This document shows positions 24,201-36,200 of a stretch of 64,000 nucleotides of DNA, in pieces. How positions within the stretch are numbered: the stretch's first letter is position 1; the number at the start of each line of letters is the position of its first letter. The stretch is from Laetmonice hystrix (Eukaryota). The stretch is from NCBI GenBank assembly GCA_965235115.1, contig OZ249448.1, positions 17,422,001-17,486,000 of the forward strand, given 5' to 3'. Under the pieces are notes generated by a model. That model did no database searches. It was not told the origin of the DNA and saw nothing but the letters and a program-made list of their open reading frames with translations. The translations under genes were made by a program, and so were the position numbers.

Positions 24201-27200
24201 ATTCAATAAAACGGATCCTCCAAGCTTTTCAATCACGTGCTTGAGCAACAACGATACTAAATGTTAACTATTCCTGTAATCTGTACCTCATAGCAGCAAC
24301 TCCCAACACAATTGTTAGAAGAGCCACACAGTAACACAGGCAATCAATTAACACTACGAGTGCTTTCCTAATTCTTAATATTAAATTACAAACATGCCAT
24401 TTAAAAAGGCAAGGAGGCCGCGTGGCAGAAAATAAAGCACCGCTGGCATCAGCCGTCGCTGGAAGCTGGCAGACGAGTCCGCCTCATCCATTTCAATCCG
24501 CGTGCTTCTTTTGGAGCGAGGGGATTTAGCCTCAAATAGGAAGCTCCGCGCGCGTGGTGAACACCACGAGAAAAACGTGCCACCATTTTACTCTGCCACA
24601 AGTAGCCACATTGGCTGAAATTATCAATGCCGCACCAAAAGAAACACAAACATTGCACTGTTGTACTGAACTCATCGATCAGACTTAACATGACTGAAAA
24701 ACATATACACACATTTCTGAATCTATTTAGGCGAAAAGGCGGCTTGGACCTCTAGCAGCAGGTCGGTGTATGTGTCAATAGTCGGAGGCCAGAGGCGTCA
24801 ATATCTGGAGGCGAGCAGCTGGATGGGCGATTTTTATTCTGCTCACTTTGTCAGCCCTATCAATCAACAGACTTGACCTTCTTTAGGGCCCACACCGTCC
24901 TCTACGATGCTGCAAATGTTTATTCCTCATAGCTTACATATAGATGCAGAATTATTAACCGTTTCAAACATGTCATTGACTGCAACTGTTTCCTGCAGCA
25001 CCTAGAAGTCGGCTGCGCATTAATCTCACACCACTGGGAGTCTCCTATCTTATTTACATCTGTCTCAAAACGAATGAAATACGACCGCATACACGGAAAT
25101 TCAATCTATGATCTGGGAGCGATTTTCACAACTATGGGATGGCAGTTGGCTGGTGTGGTTATCAGGGACTGCTGTAGGGGCTAATCGAGCTGACGATATT
25201 GTGGGAGGAGTAGCTCTAAGGTTGGTGTGTGCTGCAGCCAGCCGGGGCTATCATCACTGGGCAAGGTTAATTACACCTGACCAGATCACCTGTGGGAGAG
25301 CCGCCGTGGAGGGTGGGATGGGATTGAAGGTCAAACCATGGACAGCTGCCGTCTGTCTCCAGACAGTAGTTAACCCCCGTCACCACCCGGACACGGCCAC
25401 ACATCCATGGCCCCCAGACCGGGCCATAGAACATCCATGGCCCCCAGACCGGGCCATAGAACATCCATGGCCCCTAGACACAGTCACAGATCCATGGCCC
25501 CCAGACCGGGCCATAGAACATCCATGGCCCCCAGACCGGGCCATAGAACATCCATGGCCCCCAGACCAGGCCATAGAACATCCATGGCCCCTAGACACAG
25601 TCACAGATCCATGGCCCCTAGAGATCCATGGCCCCCAGACCGGGCCATAGAACATCCATGGCCCCTAGACACAGCCACACATCCATGGCCCCTAGAGATC
25701 CATGGCCCCTAGACACAGCCACAGATCCATGGCCCCGGACAGGGCCATAGAACATCCATGGCCCCTAGACACAGCCACAGATCCATGGCCCCGGACAGGG
25801 CCATAGAACATCCATGGCCCCTAGACACAGCCACAGATCCATGGCCCCGGACAGGGCCATAGAACATCCATGGCCCCTAGACACAGCCACAGATCCATGG
25901 CCCCTAGAGATCCATGGCCCCCAGACAGGGCCATAGAATCCATGGCCCATGGGCCATCCATGGCCCCTAGACACAGCCACAGATCCATGGCTCCTAGACC
26001 GGGCCATAGAACATCCATGGCCCCTAGACACAGCCAGAGATCCATGGCCCCTAGAGATCCATGGGCCCTTGACACGGCCCTAGAAGAGCCATGGCCCCTA
26101 GACACAGCCAGAGATCCATGGCCCCCAGACACGGCCACATAACTATGGCCCCCAACACAGCCACACATCCATGGCCCCCAGACGGGGCCAGCAGATGCAT
26201 GGCCCCCAGACAAGGCCATAGAAAACTGCTACCAAGGAGCAAATCAACAGATCTCATAGAGTATTTAAAATCTTTGCGTTTTCAACATTTCAGAGATATA
26301 CCCTCTCCCCCCCCCCCCCCATCTCCTCTCTCCTATGCTGAAGTACAAGAAGAAATTTTCCACGCTAAAGCTTGGTTAAGAATTACCTCCTGTGACGCAC
26401 AACCTCTATGCATCCAGTATACCTCAGACAATATGTTTTACAAGATTACATATCGTTCATTTGGAGTTTGTGACTTTTCCCATTAAATGTCAATACTCGT
26501 TTCAGCCTGCAGTAAATGAAGCTCGCCGAAACCCTGCTGAACATTACCTCTGGAAATTGGAAATCTTTCCCCATCTCCTCTGGAGCACCAAACCTTGTCG
26601 CATCTTGGTAATTCAATTTCTCATGGTCACCAAAGAACCTATCATCTGCTGATTACTATGAATCCTACTCTAAAATACTATTGCTATAGGGGTCCCGAGT
26701 AATACCAAACCAGCGCTCTGCCAAATTCCAGTTTTATAACATAAAGAGACCATTATTACCCGGAACATTTGATCCTGTTCATAGATAACAATTCCATTGT
26801 TCACATTCCGTTACATTTAAGGAGATACAGTATGTCGTTCTGGCCGTACGACTACCAGTGTATGTGGAGCCAACATAATGATTTACTTGTAGTAATTCAT
26901 TATTCACTCCAGCCTACACTGACCAGAACCTTCTCAATCTTATTCTGAATGCATTGCTTAGTTCAGACGAACCAATCTTTCCGCCGTTTTAATTAAAATC
27001 CACTAGAAATTTTGAAAAAAGATAGAATCCAGCAGAGTATGGAATCCTTACTAATGTTTGAAACCAAGAATGTTTCACAAGGATAAACGTATGATGAGCA
27101 TCGATAATGGCATAGACCTTGGAGCTCATTAGTTCTTGTCACCATGTCTCTAGGTTGAATTCAAATGAAGTAGAAAAGAACAATCCAGCTGCCAGCTGTA

Positions 27201-30200
27201 CTCTATAACACTCAGAAGGCCCCAGGTGTTTTGGATGTTGTACCTAAAGAATATTTAAGAATCGCCATCACCTATTCAATCTGAAAACACAATTTTTTAC
27301 TGTTCCATCAATGTCAACTTACCGACAATAACTTCGACGGCAGGGGGAACCCGGCTCTGTTCATGGCCCTCACTGAGGTTGTCTTTGAGGACGTAGAACT
27401 GTCGCCACTGATCCAGGAGACGCTGTGTCGTCAGGTCCATGTCCTTGTACGTCACACCCGTCAGAACACCCGAGAGTCCATACGGAGCGAGCACAACTAC
27501 AATGTGATATCACACAAAACAACTCTCAAAATAGGATTTGTTGTTTAGTCATACACCAACCAGATGATCCACACAACAGTTTAAAAACATTTTGCAAGTG
27601 TCTATTGCCAGAAACCAAGTCATTCTTACTTCAAAAAGCAACTATTATATTTTAGTTGAAGTGTATTTAGTGAGTTCTTTTCCTCTTGGCCATTCAACAA
27701 ATTACAATGCCATTTTATTTGCTATTTAATTGGAATATAATTTCTTTTTCAAAATATGCTGAAAGAAATAAAAAATGCGTTCGTTTTCCAGTTACTCACG
27801 AAATACCCTTGTTAAGAAAATAAACATCTAAATAACCCCGCAAACAATAACTTGACAGCGGAGGCTGTGACACCATGTAAGGGTAATTTACAGCACCATT
27901 ACAGTGTGAGTACTTCATTCTAAATCGCTGTCAGAGAGTAGACTTACCGTGAAGGCCTGTCGGTAGGGTGCCACTCTGCGCCCATGCCAAGTGGTCGGGT
28001 TGGAGCCGGCGGAGAGGTGTGTGTTGTCTGACATCGATACTGGCACACACCTGGCTTTCACCATGCAGGAAGAATGAGAACCGGATCGACAGGTGCGCCC
28101 TGTAAAACACAAACCCAGTCCACCTTTACTCACACAATCATCACTCAACAGTATGCTTCATTAAGGTGGCTTACAAGGGCTTCATAGGACCTTTTCATAT
28201 ACTACTACTGCTCCACGGAATTGCCTAGCTTTCCAGGCTTTGGGAACTGAAACAGGAGTATATTGGAGAAATTATTGAATACAGTTTGAATACAGATATC
28301 CTAAAACCTGAACATTGTTCTTTATCCCAACAAATGTCAAGGCCTGAACGTCCAAATACACGCGACTGTCTTGATAACAACGTCTTCTTAAATGCTAAGT
28401 CAGCTGTGAAGATAGTGACAAAGTCAATCAATGTAAATAGGCCTTTGATGTCATCTGTGCTTACAGACTGACACAGATGTCGCTGAGAGGTTCAACGGTC
28501 ACAGGAAAATCTGCGTACGCTACAGATAGTCCAATGGAGCTTGTAATGGTCTACTACTACCATCTACTTAACACCTATAAAACGTCTCTAACCACGCTTA
28601 AAACAGGTGACAAACCGTGAGGGGAATGGTGGGAGGGGGGAATTCATATTCAAGTCTTCAGTGATCTCATTACAACATCCATCACAAAGACTAATTCCAA
28701 CGGGATACTGAAAAATCATGGACTTCCCGACACCTTAGAATGAAGGGCCGTATCAGGTTGCTTCATCTTGTAATGTGGATCTATGGGACGCAGCGCGGCG
28801 CCATGCAGCAAGGTGAAGCCCACAGTGGGTGGGTGGGTGGGTGGGTGGGTACTGCCTGTTCCGATTGTCACTGCGAACAGTCTGCCGGGTTTAGCACACG
28901 ATACACCGGGATCATTTCTAGGAAAGACGGGGGCGGGCGGGCGGCGGTACTCCGTGGTTGGTGGTTTGCCGGGTCGGGTGGGTGGACTGGGAAATCGAGG
29001 CCCTGCTCTGGGAGGTTTGTGTAGGGAGAGGGGGCGCCCCAGAGGGCCTGCTGGGGCTGCCCGCTACAAGATGTCTGGTCTACATCAGGTTGCTCTTGGT
29101 AATTCAGCTGTTGTGTCCCTGATCAGTCCCCTCAGTCGTCACTCAGCCTTTGGAAATTCCTGCCAGTCAATGCGCTGTCTGCCACCAACCATTGCACACT
29201 TGGCCACTTAGCTGTCTGGCTAAGAGGTTTGGAACCCCGCAGCTGCTACCGGCGATTACCACACCTTGACACCAGCCGTGGACTATACGACCAACAATCT
29301 TATCACCCACAATCGTTAAACTCATCTCGACTACGTGTAATTATCCCCGTGTTATATATCAAGGTGCAAAATACTGAAAATTACATTAGCTAATCCATGG
29401 GGATAATCAACAAATAATTCAATAGAAAAATACTGCAAAACACTTTAATCTGAATCACAAAATATTTCAATTATAGTACAAAAAACGCCTTCTAGACCGT
29501 ACTGTGGACCACAAATTTATTTTGAGTGGAATTATTTGTGACTTGCTTAAAAATATTCATATCGACCCAAGATGTAGTTCCATGAGAACATGAGGTAAAG
29601 CATCCATCACTACCCCCTAGACTCTAATTCACAAATAGAAAACTCCGGTTGCTTTATGTGCTGAGGATGAAACGTGAAAGTGTGTTACAGACCACACTCA
29701 GAGCCGTGTTCTTTGTTGCTTTGATATGGATTCGAAGATCAGCAGGCAAACTGTAACCACCATTCTAAGAAAAGGTAATAAGTCTGGAAATCTTTAATCC
29801 TAGTTTTATGTGTAACCATGTTTTTTTCTATGTTCTTTAATTTAATGAAAGCTGCCTTTTCACTAATAAATCTATAGAGGAAAAACGAAATGTGAAAAAT
29901 AAAAAAGAAAAAAGGAATAAAGAACGTGACCCAGTTCCTAGAGTTGTGTGCAAACGCTAAGTAGGCCAACGTAAAGCGGTGATGGGTGATTTCTTACAAC
30001 CCACACTAGCGTTAACCTCACCTACTGTAGATCTCGCTGAGGTACAATTTTTTTAGACCCGTGCACCAGGCCGGTACAAGCGGAGTGATAAGTTCACGGC
30101 TTTCTTCGTAGTATCCATGTTCTTTGTCTGCTAGCACTTATTCATACAGACACTGAGTCACATCAATTACAAAGGTTTTTTTCTCAGAGTTTTGACGACT

Positions 30201-33200
30201 TTTCTATTTAGACATGCTTCTGACGCGGCTTCCCCTCTCAACGCTTATTTAATTTAATGACGTTTTTAACCAGAATTAGTGTTGAAGAACCAGAAATCAT
30301 TTAATGACCCGGTTAAAAGTTGCCTTCTTCCAACATGAAAGCATGCACTCAACGAAAACTGATTCTACTGACTGGTATGAAAAGTGGGCCTAGAAAAAAA
30401 AACCTCCTAAGATCACAAGTGCGTTTTTACGGGAAAACACGTTTTTGTGGTTGCTGCAGTAAAAGATTCTAACTATCTCCTTCAGACAGGACAACTTGAC
30501 AAAAACTACGACTGCAGTGAAGACTTCTTCAGTTCCCCTTGTTGCCAACATTTACGAGTGGTTTGCGACATTCCAGTGTCGACATTCTCACCAGTGCTCA
30601 ATTGGTTCTGGGACCCGCACTGGTAATAGAAGCCTGTCCTTACAAAATTTTAATCTATTTCAACATCACCCCCATCCCCTAAGCTCCCAAAACACACATC
30701 AGATTCGATTTTCTAAGCCGTGCAACTGCGGGCATGGCCCTGGAATGAACTACCGTACATGTAACTTACCATGTGACTGGGAACATATCATGTAAGTAAG
30801 ACTGGGACAATGTACGTGTATGTTCCAAGTGGTACATTGTACCAGTCTTATATAAAACTACAGTAACACTTGGAACATACATTTTACCAGTCTTATATAA
30901 AACTACACTTGGAACATACACTGTACCAGTCTTCTAAACTACACATGGAATGTATATTTGTAGATCTGTACAGTCACACTTGAAGTAGAGCGAGTATCAA
31001 TCTCTGTGCTAGGCTAGGAGAGAGCTATCACAAAAAGAAGTCTACAAGAGAACCTTCGCCAATTTCCCTTTTTTTCCACTAAATAAATTAATGCATGGCC
31101 TGGGGCTGTAATCAGGGCGACGTTTACTGACCTCTGCACGCAACCAAACATATATCTCCATTCTGATTCATCACCCGCCAACAACACACAAACTTCCATT
31201 CCTCCTGTTCCAACTTTAGCCCCCCCCCCTCCTTCCCCTGGTGACTTATGTGACCTTTCTGGTGCCTCCCTCCGTCCCTCCCTCCCTCCGTCCCTCCCTC
31301 CCAGCATCCATTCCACCATTCAATTCCTGTGCCTAATGAAGATCTCAGCCAACTGGAGACGGATTTCTTCCCCTCAGGGTCACCAATGGTGTTTTTCTCA
31401 CATAATCTTCGTGCTATCTTCATCAGCATGGCTTCAATGATGTTTGATTCGTTTTTTGAAAGTCTTTCCTATTAATGATTTTGAATTCATTACAGGGACA
31501 ACCTGGCAGTGTTAGAGCATGACATAGGGTAACCTTGACACCTCTCCATAAAGTAAAACAGCTCTCTGCACTGGTGTACAGGGGAAAAAGGAAATGCAAA
31601 TGAGACGACTTGAGAGAATTGATTGTTAGTGGACGTGATTTTGGTGCAGTCCTGAGTGGGAGGTTATGAGCAGCCAGTCAGATGCCACACGGTGCTAGTC
31701 TTCCGGTTTCCAATAGTCCTATTTAACATCCCAGCTTTGACCAGGTGAAAGCACACAGAAAGGCCATTTCGATTTCCTGGCACGAGTTCAGCAGCTTGGT
31801 GGGAAATTTTGCTGACCTAATCATTCTGCTCGTAGAAGTAAATCCTTAAATCAATGCCAGCAGATCAGACAAACTCCCCTAATCTTCTCTATTCCGGATA
31901 TTTTCCACCCAGTGCTTTTGTAATTACACAGAAATTATTATTTATTATTTAGCCAGTAATGAAAAGTACAAGAAAAGAGTATGGTACTTCCTTCCACCTA
32001 CAGAGATCAAAATACAAAATGCTATCCACATGATTACCGTAAATTTTACAGTGCACGATACAGAGTCAGGAAAGGTCATTACTATCTGGGTGGCCATGTC
32101 TCTCCCATCTAATAACCTCGGCACTGATTAGCCCAGCTTCCTTGAAAGTCTCCGAAAACAACAGATAGATGCCACAAAGCCGTAGCATCTCATGTCACGT
32201 ATGGGTTATCTTGTAGAAGCCGACCGATGGAACCATCTGGAATTTCTCCTAATTAATCATCAGACAAAGTGCATTTTCCAGCAGAAATATGGCGCTCATT
32301 TATCGCCATGGCAGGCGCAGCCAATGGGGCGACGGCGGCGGTGGAGAGAAAGCAAAGTGTTTCATTGGTAAAGCTATCCACGGCCGGCCAGCCGGGCGGG
32401 TGGGCGGGCACGCTGTTTGCGAGTGGGCTCACCCGGCCGCTGGCCCAGCACGGGCTGGCTACTGTGTGGGCAGGAGGCCACTGCCCACAGGTGATTGCCC
32501 ATCCCACCACTCGCCGACAACTGGAATCCCAGAGTTTGGGGCTTTTCATTAGGAACAAAGAGACTAGCAGGGTGAAAGAAAATGGCTTTGTTAGCAACAC
32601 CACCTGATGCTAAAAACATGACCTTTTCTGGCACAAAGGGGAGGATGGAACAAGTCATAATGGATCCAACATGCAGGCTACGATATGATATGCTGGTAAA
32701 AAGGGGGGAGGGAGGAATCCAGAAATCATTATCCTCCCCTACCCTACCCACCAATCTGAGGTGAAGTATAAGTGACTTCGACATTAATTAGATGAGGCGG
32801 GGGGGGGGTATAAAAAAAAATGTGGGTCCGTCTAGACCTCCTGAGTACAGTGGGCAGTTTGCCCCCAGTATTTCTTCTACTTATGAGCCGCCATGAGACA
32901 GCATTAAATACCATGATCACATTAAAGGTCAAAAGTCAAACATGGAACTGATAGGCTGCTGTTGGCGTCAAAGGCCTCTGGCCAGCCTGCTGTGATCCCA
33001 GATTTAAGAACTGATCCTAACAAAATACCTCAACTGACTTCAACACCTCTCACTTTCAATGAACTACATTCGTCCAACTATTTTACGAATCTCACTCGCA
33101 GCGGCTACATGAAGAATTTCATCCAGGAGAGCGGGGATCATTTGTCAATAGTAGATAAGTGCCAAAGGCTATTCTTTTATCTTCCACGGCCCTCACTTCC

Positions 33201-36200
33201 CCAAGGCAGTCAGAAAGGATGAGACGGAAGCCCTTTTAATCGGCGGCAGTTACTCTAACACTTCACCCTGAAATGATCGCAGTTCGTGATCTGCTGGGCG
33301 CGGATTTGAGGCCGACAATTCGCCACAAAAACACTAGATGGCAATAACTGGCCATGGCGCCGCCACCTCTGTGGTGGCTGGTGTAGCGGGGGAGCTACTC
33401 GAGACGGTCGCCATGACATCCAGGTGAGCGCCTTCCCTAGCTGGCGCCTGGCAGGCCGGGTAGCCGCCGCTCCGTCCGTCCGTCCAGGCACTCGCCGACT
33501 TCAGAGATCCACCTTCAGTGAGTCCGTGGACATGATTAACTTAGTACCCGACCCAGGGACTTTACACAATACTCACAGTTCTAACTACTTATCATGACCG
33601 ACTTCCACATTTGGTAAAACACTTGAAATATTACGAAAAGGACAAGGAAACTGGTCAGCCTGGGGAAAAATATACACTGTAGTAAGACTAAAAGTGTATT
33701 TTGTAGATCACACCGGATAAGGCCACCACTATGGCCAACTGGTCTGATATACAGTTGGTCCATTTCATACGCTTCTCTTGGATTAGTTCCCTAAACACCG
33801 CTCAAGGTATAAACGGGCTGAGCACACCTGCAGAAACGCAGTTGATGACAAACTCCAGCTAACCAAGCCATTAGAAGCAACATACCAGAACATGCGGTAG
33901 TGTGGATCCCGCTTGCTACTACCAGTAGACTACCGGAGGCCATGTGTCTTACTCCTGGCATACATACCGGTAACCAAAGTTTAGAGGTCAGACACATCGG
34001 CGTTCTGTATTGGGTCACCATATGGTGTGCCACATGCTGTAGATTATATGGTAATGGGACCTACACAAAAGTACGGCTGCCCAAGAGTACAACCCTCATT
34101 ACTCTGCTTCTCCAGTTTAAACTGACAATTGACGTTAACTGACAACAACCCTGCAAAACTATCCTTTCTTAGTACAAACTTTTCATATACCAACTGTCCA
34201 TAAACTATACAGACTATAGTATATAAATAATTGTTAAAATGGGTATAAATTTGTTTATTAGAGAAGCACCTAATATGACTGAAGAAATGACTAGTATCAG
34301 CCAGGTACTTGAGACCAATACACTGCTACCTTTGAAAATCTTTCCCTCGGGAAGGTCGTATTTGATATAGGATAATCCACCTATCGATGGGGCAATAGAG
34401 AAAGTTACACGTTCATCCCCTCGTCACTCATCACACACTGAGAGGTCCTTCTCCGGACTATATTGCAATCAGCCCCAGGGAATATCTAACCAGAAAAGAT
34501 AACTGTGCTAGATTAAGGCAAATTTCCCGGTAGTCCCATTGAGCTTCTGTACATTGGGTGGTGTTGAGTGCCAGATAGTTTACGAGATGCTGTTCACTCC
34601 CCAACCACTCCCCAAACAGGTGGTCCCCATACCTTCCTGACGAAGGTATCAGAATTCTTATCAGAACACTTGTCTTCACCAACCATAACGAAAAATTCAC
34701 TATCAATCCTTCCAACTTGTTTTTAGTCAATCTTAGAATGTTCAATAACTTTGATCCTATAAAAGATATGATAGGAGGTAACTAGAAGCTAACTAGATAC
34801 CCAGGTATCTATTATTCATAATAATACAGCGAGGACTGACTGATCTCATTTTATAAATTCAATCGCTGGATTACTGTGCCCTAAACCAGCCTAAAATGGA
34901 CTTTTTTGCCCATAGCCTGCGAGAACGCGGACCCAGCACATCTCAAGCTGCAAACCTTGTCATTCAACACCTCACATACACCAAGATTAATTCATGGTGT
35001 CCACATACAGGGATTCAGGGATCAGTTCTGGCCTCAAATCGATGCCCTTGGAAGTTGGAGGTGACACTGCAGGCAGGTTAGGTCCATCACTGAGCCTGGC
35101 TGCTCCCCCAGTGATGTCTCTCCGACAGGCGCCTGCCAACTTCTCCATCGAGTCATCTGGATATTTATGGGTTTCAATATGGGCGGGCCATCACTGTGGC
35201 CTGGGGTCAACGTGGACCGATTACTGAACACCGAGGATTCACGGGAACAAAGAGTGTAGGCGTCCAGCTGAAGCTACCTGCTGCCGCCTGGACATGCCCA
35301 GGCTACACGGGCGGGCACTTATCCCTGCTATGAACCCTGCCCTAGCAACCTAAGATGTCACACCTAGAGGTCGGCCACAGGGAACTAAGATGTTACACCC
35401 TGGGGTCTGCCCCAGCGACCTAAGATGTCACAGAGCAGTCACAAAGGTGCACGACCTGCACAACCTAGGAATGTCCCCTTCGGTTAACATTTACTATTGC
35501 GGCACCATCACCAAAATGTTGTTTCTAATATTATTCCTCAAGAGGGCATGATTGCATCATCAAATTAGTTACCCTGTTCTCAAACAACGCTTGCCTGAAT
35601 ATGGCAGCTTTCACCACCTGGCGGTATTTCTGCTGGGAAACTCGCATCATATTTTACAATCGAGTCCATGTACAATGTGAGGTAAATTCGAGAACTCTGT
35701 CGGGAGAAGAGATAATCTTACGTGAAAGTATACTTCTTCATTCTTTTTAAAAAGCTCTTTTTCCTTCTTGGAACTTTGGCCTTGAAAATGAAAGAGTGAC
35801 ATATGGTACCAAACAGAGAAAACGACTCTACCATGAAGCCTTCATGAGGTTCAGTTCAGCCTCAACCAATAATGATTTGTCCATAAAAATTAGAGTATCA
35901 GCAATTCCTTTTGACAAACAAAACTTACCCTTTGTTGGTGAAGGTGTTGGTGCTGCCCTGGTCGAATGGCTGTACAAACCAGCGGCCAACACGAACAAAG
36001 TTCTGGCTTAGTAAACATCTGTAAACAATCAAAAAGATACAATGGTTAGCACTTCAGCAGATTTTTACATACATGGTTAACAAGCGCCATGTACCATACA
36101 AATCTGTTTCATGACTACTCTTCAAGGTATCATGTCGGCTGACATAAATATCTGTGAAATATAGCTCAGTACAAGTGATGATATCCTAGCAGACTGTAGT

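Noticed and set aside
25108-26486. Several long ORFs on both strands (e.g. 25108-25650, [10 protein letters not shown] repeats)
   Set aside because: They arise from a stop-poor minisatellite; unit lengths of 17 and 29 bp break frame, and no splice signals or homology were recognised
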